A stretch of 41,845 bases of DNA from Verrucomicrobiales bacterium. GTDB taxonomy: Bacteria; Verrucomicrobiota; Verrucomicrobiia; Methylacidiphilales; JAAUTS01. This document shows positions 1 through 8,988 of the stretch, piece after piece. The DNA is taken from the NCBI GenBank assembly GCA_031266335.1, contig JAISBF010000144.1, forward strand, positions 1 through 41,845, read 5' to 3'. A program made the position numbers and the translations under genes. The notes below the pieces were generated by a model. That model did not search any database, had not been told where the DNA came from, and saw only the letters and a program-made list of their open reading frames with translations. Position 1 is the first letter of the stretch. The number at the start of each line of letters is the position of its first letter.

Positions 1-59
1 GCAGAGCCGCGGAGTTAATTTAATTAAAAAACTCTGCGGCTCCGCGTCTCTGCGCGAGA
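1..59. repeat. Imperfect inverted repeat (REP-like hairpin); left arm cut by the window edge
   Basis: GCAGAGCCGCGGAG (1-14) pairs with CTCTGCGGCTCCGC (32-45) around an AT-only loop. Similar CTCCGCG units recur at 32895-32923. Confidence 0.6.
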
Positions 60-114
60 TAGTTGCGTTCCCAGCCATCGGTGAAATATAATTACAATAA
101 TTAAGATTTATCCC

Positions 115-142
115 TTGACTGGTCATATGGGATATTTATATT
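115..142 (+). promoter_or_regulatory. Putative sigma70 promoter for the PEP-CTERM gene
   Basis: TTGACT (115-120), a 16-nt spacer and TATATT (137-142), preceded by an AT-rich tract at about 84-110. Confidence 0.4.
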
Positions 143-199
143 GGCGCTGATAATGAACGCAAAAATCAACGTCCCGATCATGCCTCGCTTTGCGCGCCA

Positions 200-324
200 G
201 CGTTCCGCGTTCCGCGTTCCGCGTTCCGCGTTCCGCGTTCCGCGTTCCGCGTTCCGCGTTCCGCGTTCCGCGTTCCGCGTTCCGCGTTCCGCGTTCCGCG
301 TTCCGCGTTCCGCGTTCCGCGTTC
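200..324. repeat. Perfect heptamer tandem repeat (GCGTTCC) x 17.9
   Basis: Read directly: 17 full units starting at 200, plus GCGTTC at 319-324. Confidence 0.97.
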
Positions 325-482
325 TATAAATTTGCCAGTTTTAGCGTAAGCGGAACTGCAAGCGCTTTTTTCCCTGTTTTTCATGCTGGTGTTGCCGGCG
401 GTTGCCGCCCGGCTGTGCCTGATCTTGCCGTCGTGCCCGGCGCTGACGGTCTGTCTGCGGTAACTCAATCGGAGGAAGTATT

Positions 483-3400
483 ATGAGCACAAATAAAACC
501 ATCAAAGGGCTGGCCGTGGCGTTGTCACTGTCAGCGGTCTGTCTGGCCGGCTCACCGTCAGCGTGGGCGGCGGTGACTTGGGACAATGTCACCAAATATG
601 GCGACTGGTCGCTGGGCGGCACGGTGTATGAACTTGGTTCCGGTGAGACACCGCTGCCGGGCAGCAACGGCATCGTCGATCGCTACACTTATCCCGGCAC
701 CGGCGCGTATTATGACTCCGGCACGATACCGCTGAATGACATATACAATCTTAATATTCTCTCCTTCTATGACCAGCGTCATAATGGCGGCACGCCGCCC
801 GCGAATTATGTGCTTACGTTCGCCGGCACGGGCGCGATGATTTTCGGCGGCGGTAACGAACCGCTTTGGTCAACCAGCGGCATTATTCTTGGCGCGAGCA
901 TGAGTTATCGCAATCTCACGTATCAATTCAACACGGACATCTACGTCGGCGGCAATTTCAACGCCGCGAATTACTCCACGGTTTTCTTTGTCAACAACAG
1001 CGCGCCGTCGCAGAACAACACCTTGGTATTCGGCACGACGGCCGACCGCAAAACCATCGCCGGTCTGCAAACCAACGTCAGCGGCACGGTCGGCCTGCAA
1101 TTGTACGGACCGAGCGGCGGCGTCATCAACGACCACCTCGCTGACGGTGTCGGGCAGGGCGACCCCGAGGCTCCTTTGACCGGCGCGACGACGCTGGCGC
1201 TGACGATGTTTTCCTCCGCCACCTGGACGCTCACCGGCAGCGCCAGTTACACCGGCGCGACCCAGGTCATGGGCGGCGGCCGGCTGGTGCTCGATAACAC
1301 TTCGCTGAACGCGGAAAAAATTTCCAACCAGCTGGTGCTCGGCGGCACGATGTGGACCGGTAACAACTGGATTCTGGGCGGCGGCGGCGCGTCGGTCGAA
1401 CTCATCGGCAGCGCCGCGGCGGCCAGCGCGGAGACGCTGGACACGCTGACGGTGCTCAACGGCGCGAATCAAGTCATCGTCACGCCCGGCGCGGGGCAAA
1501 CGGCGGTATTCAACACCGGCAGCGTCACGCGCGGCAGCGCCTCGACCGGCGGCGCGACGGTGGATTTTCTGGTCAACGGCAGCGGCGGCAGTTTTACCAC
1601 GACGAACGCTGACGGTGATCTCGGCGCGTGGGCGACGTTGAATGGCGACGACTACGCCAGCGCCAGCAGCGGCAGCCTCGTCGCGGCGACGTACACGGCG
1701 GCGTGGGGCGCGGGCAACAACGTCAGTGTCAGCACGGACAGCGTCGCTGACGGCGCGACGGCGAAGAATTTGAAAATCAGCGCGCCGGCGACGCTGACGC
1801 TGACCGACAACAACACGCTGAGCGAAGGCGGCATCCTGTTCGCGGCCAGCGCGGGCGCGGACGACGCCGTGATCACCGGCGGCACGCTGACGGCGGGCGG
1901 CGGCGAGTTCATTATCCAGCAGCACAACACGGCCGCCGCGCTGGACATCGAATCCGCGCTGTCAGCGGCGATGCTGACCAAGACCGGCGCGGGCGACCTC
2001 ATCGTCAGCGGCACCAGCAACGCGAGCATCGTGAACATCAACCAGGGCGTGTTGCAACTGGGCGCTGACAATGTGCTGCTCGCCACCGGCACGATCAATT
2101 TGACCACCGCCGGCGCGACGCTGGACTTGAACGGCCACGACCTCACGACCTGGAGCATCCAGTCGCTGAACATGTATTCCGGCAAGGTCGCGCTGGATTA
2201 CGGCATGACCGCCGTGGTCGGCAACTTCGCGGCGGGCACCGAGGCGACGCTGACCGTCAATCGCGCCAATGACTGGACGGTGCAAACGGACGCGTTTTAC
2301 GGCGACTTGCAGACCGGCGACGGCGCGATATTGAATATTGTCAAAACCGGCGCCGGCGTTGCCAGACTGGCTTTTGTCCAGAACGGCGAGAACAATCGCG
2401 GGCAATACATCACCGGCAACTCGGTGTCGCAAGTCTATAATATCATCGCGGGCAACGTGAGCGTGGAACAAGGCACGCTGACCATCGGGCGCGACTTGTA
2501 TGTGTACGGCGGCCTGGACCTGGCGGCCGGCGCCTTGCTGGCGAACTGCGGTGCCGGGCAAAACGCGAATACCCTGCAAGCGTTCACCGGCCTGACCGGC
2601 GCGGGCAATTTGCAAAGCTGGGCGCGCGCGGGTTATATTTTCAACCTGGACGGCTCGTCGGAGATGGAGGTCTGGACCGGGCAGATCACGGGCGGCTCGC
2701 CGGTTGTATTCAACGGGGCCGGCACGCAGTATGTCGGCTTGCAAACCAACGTCGGCAACAACGGCCTGCTCGCGGCCGGCAACGCCGTGGTGATTACGCC
2801 GGGCTTCACGGTATCCCTCGGCATGGCGAACGACAACATCTTCTTCTCGCCGCTGAACGTGGCGGGTCAGGGCGTGATTAAAGTGACCGGCACCAGCGGC
2901 GTGGTGGCCGGTGTCGCTGGCGTGAACGCCATAATCGGCCTCACGCTGGCGGGCGGTACGATTTGGATTGCGCCGGAAGGCAGCGGGGAGAACATCACCG
3001 TCAGCGGCATGACCACCACTGCCGCCAGCGCCATTTCCTACGGTCGCGCGGCGCTTTTGAACGCTGCCAACATTACCCAGCTTGGCGGCAACAGCACGCT
3101 GTTGCTGGATCGCGGCGCGAACAACAGCCTGGACTTCCAACTGGGCAACGCGGCCTCGACCAACGCCAAGTTCGTCCGCAACCAGAACGGCACGCTGGTG
3201 CTCACCGCCGCGCACGGGTTGGGCGAGTTTGGCGGCGCGGAAAAACTCACCGTCTTCGGCAGTGAGTCGGCGCTGCCGGTGCTGACCAACGACATCATGA
3301 ATACCTCCATCGTCACCGCTGACGGTGTGACCGGCGCCGGCTCGTTCCTCACCACCAGTACCGCGGGTGTCACGAGCGGCGTGGTGTTGAAAGAAGCGAT

Positions 3401-5171
3401 CTACACCACTGACCTTGCCGCCGCCACCGGAACCTCGGTGGTCAAACACAGCGGCGACATCGCGCTGGCCGACAACACCGCGGTTTACGCCTTGCGCAAC
3501 GACGGCTCCATCGCCAACGATTACACGCTAACCGTGGGCACTGGCGCCGCCGGTTCGCAGGCCGGCTTGATCATGAACAACGCCGCCATCACCGGCAGCG
3601 GTACCATCACTGTTGGCGAGAGCGAGCTGACCGTCTATGTCAGCGGCAGCAACCGGCTGGAAAACAAACTCAACTACGCCAACAACAACAATTTCGTGGG
3701 GTTGACATTGTTCGGCGACGGCCTGCTGCAAATCACCTCGCCGCAAACTTTATGGCAGATGGTGTATCTCAACAGCGGCGTGCTGGAACTGAACGGGGTG
3801 GCGCAGGCGAACTGGGAGAGTCACAGCAGTTTTTGGTTGAAGGGCGGCGTGTTGCAAGCCAGCGGCAACTTCACGCGCACTTTCTCCAGTGCCAACAACA
3901 ATTCGTTCATGTGGTATGACGGCGGGTTTGCCGCTGGCAGTGAGGCGGGGCTGACGGTGAACGTGGGTGGCGACGGACGGACGCTGACCTGGCAAATCAC
4001 CAGCGGCTTCCTGAGCGATTACAGCGTGATGAAACTCGGCTCCCAATACGCCAAGGGCATGGTGACGCTGGTCAACAACATTGACCTGGGCGCGTCCACG
4101 TCGGCGGCCTTCACTGGCGAAGCGCAATACACCGGTCGTCAGGACGGCAGCGGCGGCAATTTGTTCCGCCAAATCGAGGTGGTTGACAACCCCGATTCGG
4201 GCGCCGACTACGCCATGATCAGCGGGGTGATCAGCAGCCAGATGGATTACAAGGGCATCCAGAAGAGCGGCGACGGCTTGCTGTTGTTGACCGGGGAAAA
4301 TACTTACACCGGCCCGACTTCCATTGCGGAAGGCGTGTTAGGCATTGTCGCTGACAGTGGTTTGGGCGCGGCACCGTCAGCGGCGGCGCCGATCACCGGC
4401 CACGTGAACCAGGGCACGGTGTTGATTAACGGCGGCGCGACGTTGCTGGCTTTCGGTAGCGTGACTCTCAGCGCCAACCGCAACATCCTGCTGGCCTCCG
4501 GCAGCGACGGCTCGCGCGGGGCGCGTATTGCCACGGCAGAGAACGGGATACTGACCTTCGGCGGTCAGCTGGGGGATTCGGTCGGTGAACAAGGCTCGCT
4601 GCTGGTCAACGGCGCGCTGCGGCTGACCGGCAGCTCCACCATCAGCGGCTTCACCGAAGTGGAAGAAGGCACACTGCTGGTGGACGGCGGCCTGAGCACC
4701 GCGCATGTTGTCGTTGATACCGGCGCGAAACTCGGCGGTTCCGGTCTGTTGACCACCAGCACCGGCGGCATCAGCGTCAGCGGCATTCTCGATGCCACTG
4801 AGGCGCTGACACTGGACTTGGCAGCGGACCAGAAATTGGAATTTCTTTCCGGCGCGACTTTGTTGGTGGACGCTAACAGTGCATTGACCTTCGCCAGCGA
4901 AGGTGACTGGCTCACCGGCAGCGGCAACGCGACGCTGGAGTTAACCGGCAACTTTGATTACGCCACGCAATACACCGTTTTGACCAACATCACCACCGAG
5001 GACTTCAGCTTCGCCACCATCAGCGGCTACGACACCGCGAACTACGAGGCGCAATGGGGATTGTCGGGCAACAGCTACATCCTGACCTTCGACGTCATCC
5101 CCGAACCGAGCACCTGGGCGCTGATCGTGACCGGTGTCGCCTTGTTGACCATACTGCGCCATCGCCGCTGA
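483..5171 (+). CDS. PEP-CTERM surface protein with autotransporter-associated beta-strand repeats (1562 aa)
   Basis: RBS GGAGGA at 471-476 and a signal peptide ending SAWA. The body is Gly/Thr/Asn/Ala-rich with repeats such as KSGDGLLLLTGENTYTGPTSI and LTKTGAGDLIVSG. The C-terminus VIPEPSTWALIVTGVALLTILRHRR is a PEP motif, TM helix and basic tail. Confidence 0.93.
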   Translation: MSTNKTIKGLAVALSLSAVCLAGSPSAWAAVTWDNVTKYGDWSLGGTVYELGSGETPLPGSNGIVDRYTYPGTGAYYDSGTIPLNDIYNLNILSFYDQRHNGGTPPANYVLTFAGTGAMIFGGGNEPLWSTSGIILGASMSYRNLTYQFNTDIYVGGNFNAANYSTVFFVNNSAPSQNNTLVFGTTADRKTIAGLQTNVSGTVGLQLYGPSGGVINDHLADGVGQGDPEAPLTGATTLALTMFSSATWTLTGSASYTGATQVMGGGRLVLDNTSLNAEKISNQLVLGGTMWTGNNWILGGGGASVELIGSAAAASAETLDTLTVLNGANQVIVTPGAGQTAVFNTGSVTRGSASTGGATVDFLVNGSGGSFTTTNADGDLGAWATLNGDDYASASSGSLVAATYTAAWGAGNNVSVSTDSVADGATAKNLKISAPATLTLTDNNTLSEGGILFAASAGADDAVITGGTLTAGGGEFIIQQHNTAAALDIESALSAAMLTKTGAGDLIVSGTSNASIVNINQGVLQLGADNVLLATGTINLTTAGATLDLNGHDLTTWSIQSLNMYSGKVALDYGMTAVVGNFAAGTEATLTVNRANDWTVQTDAFYGDLQTGDGAILNIVKTGAGVARLAFVQNGENNRGQYITGNSVSQVYNIIAGNVSVEQGTLTIGRDLYVYGGLDLAAGALLANCGAGQNANTLQAFTGLTGAGNLQSWARAGYIFNLDGSSEMEVWTGQITGGSPVVFNGAGTQYVGLQTNVGNNGLLAAGNAVVITPGFTVSLGMANDNIFFSPLNVAGQGVIKVTGTSGVVAGVAGVNAIIGLTLAGGTIWIAPEGSGENITVSGMTTTAASAISYGRAALLNAANITQLGGNSTLLLDRGANNSLDFQLGNAASTNAKFVRNQNGTLVLTAAHGLGEFGGAEKLTVFGSESALPVLTNDIMNTSIVTADGVTGAGSFLTTSTAGVTSGVVLKEAIYTTDLAAATGTSVVKHSGDIALADNTAVYALRNDGSIANDYTLTVGTGAAGSQAGLIMNNAAITGSGTITVGESELTVYVSGSNRLENKLNYANNNNFVGLTLFGDGLLQITSPQTLWQMVYLNSGVLELNGVAQANWESHSSFWLKGGVLQASGNFTRTFSSANNNSFMWYDGGFAAGSEAGLTVNVGGDGRTLTWQITSGFLSDYSVMKLGSQYAKGMVTLVNNIDLGASTSAAFTGEAQYTGRQDGSGGNLFRQIEVVDNPDSGADYAMISGVISSQMDYKGIQKSGDGLLLLTGENTYTGPTSIAEGVLGIVADSGLGAAPSAAAPITGHVNQGTVLINGGATLLAFGSVTLSANRNILLASGSDGSRGARIATAENGILTFGGQLGDSVGEQGSLLVNGALRLTGSSTISGFTEVEEGTLLVDGGLSTAHVVVDTGAKLGGSGLLTTSTGGISVSGILDATEALTLDLAADQKLEFLSGATLLVDANSALTFASEGDWLTGSGNATLELTGNFDYATQYTVLTNITTEDFSFATISGYDTANYEAQWGLSGNSYILTFDVIPEPSTWALIVTGVALLTILRHRR

Positions 5172-5173
5172 CC

Positions 5174-5408
5174 CACTGGGAGCGCCGGCTTCCAGCCGGC
5201 AACGAAGCGGGCGAGACGCCCGCGCTCCATAAGCCGGCAAGATGCCGGCGCTCCCAGTCATGCCGTGGTGTGACGCACTGGGAGTGGCAACTGCCAACGG
5301 ACGGGGAATGTCGGCAGGCGCCTATGGAGCGCGGGCGTCCCGCCCGCTGACACTGGGAGCGCCGGCTTCCAGCCGGCAACCGAGCGGGCGAGACGCCCGC
5401 GCTCCATA
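5174..5408. repeat. Cluster of REP-like palindromes (BIME/REPIN-like)
   Basis: 58-bp direct repeat at 5174-5231 and 5351-5408 (2 mismatches). It is built from CTGGGAGCGCCGGCTTCCAGCCGGC and GCGGGCGAGACGCCCGCGCTCC, with inverted copies at about 5233-5257 and 5324-5346. Confidence 0.85.
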
Positions 5409-5416
5409 GGCCGGCA

Positions 5417-5814
5417 GACAACCGGCGGTTTATTAACGCAGTACTGTGGATCTTGCGCACCGGGGCGCCGTGGCGTGATTTGCCGCCGGATTACGGTGGC
5501 TGGAGCAACACCCACCGGCGCTTCATCCGGTGGCGGGACGCCGGGCGTTGGGAGCGTCTGCTGAATGCCTTGATCCAGGAGCCGGATTTCGAGTGGTTGA
5601 TGATTGACGCTTCGCACGTCAAGGTGCATCAGCATGGCACTGGGGCCAGGGGCGGCAATCAGGACATGGGCATGACCAAAGGGGGCGCAATTCCAAAATA
5701 CACCTGGCCGTGGATGCGCATGGTCTGCCGGTCCGAGTCCTTGTTACGGCAGGTCCCGTGGCAGATGGTACTAAAGCTGCGGACTTGACCGCAGGCTTTG
5801 CCGTCGAACATCTA
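5417..5814 (+). pseudogene. IS5-family (IS427-like) transposase remnant, truncated at both ends
   Basis: First frame reads DNRRFINAVLWILRTGAPWRDLP...WLMIDASHVKVHQHGTGARGG...TKGG. After a -1 shift at AAAGGGGG (5678-5685) it reads GRNSKIHLAVDAHGLPVRV...EHL. The expected LADKGYD motif and C-terminus are absent, and no terminal IRs are visible. Confidence 0.88.
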
Positions 5815-5869
5815 AGGCACGAAGTTGGGAGAACGGCGCTCCATGCCGGTGTCACGAGGTCAAGGTGAA

Positions 5870-6925
5870 TCAGATCACCGTATGGAATGTGGCATCGCTG
5901 CGCAGCCGGATGGTTTTGGCCTTGAGGTTATGCACCGCCTTGATGTAGCGGACGGTGCGGCTTTTGGCGCGCATCAGAATCGAGTGGGTGATGGCGGTCT
6001 CGCCGATGAGTTTCACGCCGGGCAGCATGGCGCTGTCGGTGATGCCGGTGGCGCAGAAAATCGCCCCGGCGCCCGGCACCAGGTCGCGGGCCAGGAAAAT
6101 ACGCCGCAGGTCGCGCGCCGCGACGGCCCCGGCGGTGGCGGCGCGCTGCCGCTCGTCCTTGAACCACATGCGCAGCTGGAGGTCGCCGCCCAGGCACTTC
6201 AACGCCGAGGCGGCCAGGATGCCTTCCGGCGCGCCGCCGATGCCGTGGAACAAGTCCACGCCGGAATCCGCCAGCGCCGGCGCCACCGCCGCGGTGACAT
6301 CGCCGTCGGCGATCATGCGCAGCGCCGCGCCCGCCCGGCGCACCGCGGCAATCAACGGCGCGGAGCGGGGGCGGTCGATGGTGGCCACCACCAGTTCGGG
6401 CACGCGCTTGCGCAGGGCGCGGGCGACGAAGTCCAGCAGCGGCCCGACCGGGGCGGCGAGGTGGACCGGGTGGGACGGGTGTTGGCGCATGGCGGCGACC
6501 ACTGGCGGGCCGTAGGCCAGTTTTTCCACGTAGAAGGCGGGGATGTTGATCATCGCCGGAACCTCCGGGTCATGGCGTTGTGAGGCGCTGATAACGGAAA
6601 TCGCGTTGGGCAGGCCCTTGCCGACGTTGGTGGTGCCGTCAATCGGGTCGAGCGCGATGTCGAAGCAGGGCGTGTCGGGCGCCCAGGTGCCGAGCTGTTC
6701 GCCGAGAAAGATGCCGGGGGCGTTGTCCTTGATGCCTTCGCCGATCATCACCGCGCCGCGCATGGGCACGGTGTCGAACACGCCGTAAATCGCGTCGCAG
6801 GCCGCCGCGTCGGCCAGTTCCTTTTCGCCGCGGCCGAGCCACTTGATCGTGTTGAGGGCGGCGTTCTCCGTGGCCCTGACAAATTCAAACTCGATGGTCC
6901 GCTCAAGATCCTGGCGCGTGGTCAT
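5870..6925 (-). CDS. glpX: Class II fructose-1,6-bisphosphatase
   Basis: Motifs VRATENAAL, IGEGIKDNAP, DIALDPIDGTT, DGDV, GIGGAPEG and FCATGITD. Confidence 0.95.
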   Translation of the reverse strand: MTTRQDLERTIEFEFVRATENAALNTIKWLGRGEKELADAAACDAIYGVFDTVPMRGAVMIGEGIKDNAPGIFLGEQLGTWAPDTPCFDIALDPIDGTTNVGKGLPNAISVISASQRHDPEVPAMINIPAFYVEKLAYGPPVVAAMRQHPSHPVHLAAPVGPLLDFVARALRKRVPELVVATIDRPRSAPLIAAVRRAGAALRMIADGDVTAAVAPALADSGVDLFHGIGGAPEGILAASALKCLGGDLQLRMWFKDERQRAATAGAVAARDLRRIFLARDLVPGAGAIFCATGITDSAMLPGVKLIGETAITHSILMRAKSRTVRYIKAVHNLKAKTIRLRSDATFHTVI

Positions 6926-6976
6926 GGATTAAATATGACCGCTGCCGGCGGGGTTGCAACGCCGGCGGTCGCACGG

Positions 6977-7576
6977 TCAGCGGCGGGTGGGCGGGCCGCC
7001 CGGCGTCGCGTCGTGCAGGTAAATCGGCTCCAGCGCCAGTCCCGGCTCGGCGGGGAAACGCAGGAACGCCCGGCCCAGGTCCGCCGCCGACGGTGCTTCC
7101 GCGCGCATGGCGAACGGCAGCGGGCCGACGCTGACGCTGAGGCGGTGACGGGCGGCGAGCCGCCGCAGCTCATCGTCAGCGACCAGCCGCGTCGGCGCGA
7201 CCAGCTCGCCGCCGGCGTAGGCGGTGTGAAAAAATTTGCCGCGGCGCGCATCGGCGAAGATGCCCAGGTCGGGTTCGGCGCGGTGCCGCCACGCCAGCGC
7301 GCGCGTGCTGCGCATGGGAATCACGCGGCTGCCGAGCGCGGCGGCGAGTCCCTGCGCCGTGGCGATGCCGACGCGGATGCCGCTGAACGAGCCGGGGCCG
7401 ACGCCGACGATGATGGCGGCCGCGTCGCGCAGCGCGCCGCTGACGGCGCGCAACCCCGGCGCGAGGCCGCCGGAGGCCCGCCCGCTGACGGTGGCGCCGG
7501 CGATCCGCTCGCCGTCGGCGAATAACGCCCAACTGGCCGGCTCGGCGGAGGTTTCGATGACGAGGAATTTGTTCAT
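6977..7576 (-). CDS. tsaB: tRNA threonylcarbamoyladenosine biosynthesis protein TsaB
   Basis: MNKFLVIETS, VGVGPGSFSGIRVG, DARRG and LEPIYL. The start at 7576 forms an ATGA overlap with the tsaE stop. Confidence 0.9.
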   Translation of the reverse strand: MNKFLVIETSAEPASWALFADGERIAGATVSGRASGGLAPGLRAVSGALRDAAAIIVGVGPGSFSGIRVGIATAQGLAAALGSRVIPMRSTRALAWRHRAEPDLGIFADARRGKFFHTAYAGGELVAPTRLVADDELRRLAARHRLSVSVGPLPFAMRAEAPSAADLGRAFLRFPAEPGLALEPIYLHDATPGGPPTRR

Positions 7577-8004
7577 GGCGCGGGCGCCTCGATGCGCCGC
7601 CGGGTGGCGCCGCTGACGGTGATGGTGATGTCGCGGCAGTTTTTTTCCGGCCACGGGCCGGGGTAACGGTCGGGCCATTCGATGACCGTCACGCCGCGGT
7701 CGCCGGGCAGCTGTTCCGGCAGGTCGAGCAGCGACCAGTCAGTGTCAGCGCCGAGCCGGTACAAATCCCAATGAAAGACCGGCAGCCGGCCGTCGCGATA
7801 TTCATGCAGCAGGGCGAAAGTCGGGCTGGTGACCCTGGCCGTGGCGCCGAGCGCGGCGACGAATCCTTGCAGCCAGGTGGTTTTGCCCGCGCCAAGGTCG
7901 CCGCGCAGCCGCAGCACCGCGCCGGCGCCGATCCCGGCGGCCAGCCGCGCCGCGTGGGCGCGGGTGTCGGCGGGGGAACGGGAAAGAAACACCGGGGATG
8001 ACAT
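7573..8004 (-). CDS. tsaE: tRNA threonylcarbamoyladenosine biosynthesis ATPase TsaE
   Basis: GDLGAGKTT, VTSPTF, HWDLYRL and IEWP. Confidence 0.95.
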   Translation of the reverse strand: MSSPVFLSRSPADTRAHAARLAAGIGAGAVLRLRGDLGAGKTTWLQGFVAALGATARVTSPTFALLHEYRDGRLPVFHWDLYRLGADTDWSLLDLPEQLPGDRGVTVIEWPDRYPGPWPEKNCRDITITVSGATRRRIEAPAP

Positions 8005-8023
8005 AAGCCGGCCCGCCGCGCGA

Positions 8024-8656
8024 TTATTTTTTCCCGCTGTCTGTTGGCAGGGCGCGCAGCAATTGACCGGCCTCGGCCTGGTAGCTGCTGCCGAGGTCGC
8101 GCGCGAGAAAGTCGGTCAGCGTCTGGCGCGCCGCGCTGACGTTGTGCTCGGCCAGATACCCGCGGGCCAGGGCGACCGCCGCGCCGCCCGCGTAGGGGTT
8201 GGCCGGCTTGGCGCTGACGATGGCCAGGTAGGCGGCCTGGGCCTCGCTCTGGCGGCCGGCGGCGGCGAGGCATTGCGCGCGGGCGAATTGCGCGGGGGCG
8301 GCCAGCGGACTGTTAGCACGCTGTTGCGCGTAGCGCGCGTACAGTTCGGCGGCGGCAAGATAATCCTGCTGTTCCTGTTGGCCGGCGGCGGTGAACAGCA
8401 GCGCGGCGGCGCCGGCGGCGGTGGCGGGGTATTGGTCGGCGACCTGCTGGAATTGTTCCGCGCCGACGGCCTTGGCCAGCGCGGCGGCGGCGGTTTCCTC
8501 GGCGTGTTGCCGCTGGTGCCGATACCACAGCACGGCGGCCACGACGCTGACGATGACGAGCAGGCCGATGAGAATGCCCCGCACGGTCCGGCCCAAACTC
8601 TGGTCCTCGACCAGCACGGGCTGATCATTGAAAATGTTATTGCTAGGTTCTGCCAT
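8024..8656 (-). CDS. Single-TM tetratricopeptide-repeat protein (YfgM-like)
   Basis: N-terminal TM helix (GILIGLLVIVSVVAAVLWY) followed by TPR-like helices (FQQVADQYPATAAGAAALL; AQFARAQCL). Start is uncertain (8656, 8671 or 8701). Confidence 0.7.
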   Translation of the reverse strand: MAEPSNNIFNDQPVLVEDQSLGRTVRGILIGLLVIVSVVAAVLWYRHQRQHAEETAAAALAKAVGAEQFQQVADQYPATAAGAAALLFTAAGQQEQQDYLAAAELYARYAQQRANSPLAAPAQFARAQCLAAAGRQSEAQAAYLAIVSAKPANPYAGGAAVALARGYLAEHNVSAARQTLTDFLARDLGSSYQAEAGQLLRALPTDSGKK

Positions 8657-8911
8657 AAAACCATTGAGCATGGGAACAGTTTGTCCTTTAGACAAGCGCA
8701 AAGTTGCGCCGGCGGAGTTGGTCGATTCGCCACCAGCCCGGGCGGAGTCGAGGCAGCGGACGGCCCGGCGTCACGCTGACGATGAATCGGTTGTTATGAA
8801 ATTGCGGGCTTGACGCCGCTGACCGGCCGCCGCTGACACTGGCGAGGGTAAAATACTTTAACGGGATGAAATTTACGTAATCTGTTTATTTACAAAAAGT
8901 TTCGATAAAAA

Positions 8912-8956
8912 TTGACCTTGGTGGGAGATTATGGTTTAAAAGGGGACATTATGGCG
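8912..8956 (+). promoter_or_regulatory. dcw promoter with candidate MraZ-binding repeats
   Basis: TTGACC (8912-8917), 17 nt, then TTTAAA (8935-8940). Four boxes at exact 10-bp spacing: GTGGGA (8921), ATGGTT (8931), AGGGGA (8941), ATGGCG (8951). Confidence 0.6.
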
Positions 8957-8988
8957 GAAAAAACCGCGATAGGCAGGGAATTGTGACG

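Noticed and set aside
141-486. ORFs 141..329, 178..468 and 190..486 with VPRSAFR/ERGTRNA repeats
   Set aside because: They are translations of the stop-free GCGTTCC tract and have no independent coding evidence.
5453-5788. Standalone 111-aa gene
   Set aside because: It is the truncated first frame of the IS5 remnant; similarity starts upstream of this start and continues in the -1 frame.
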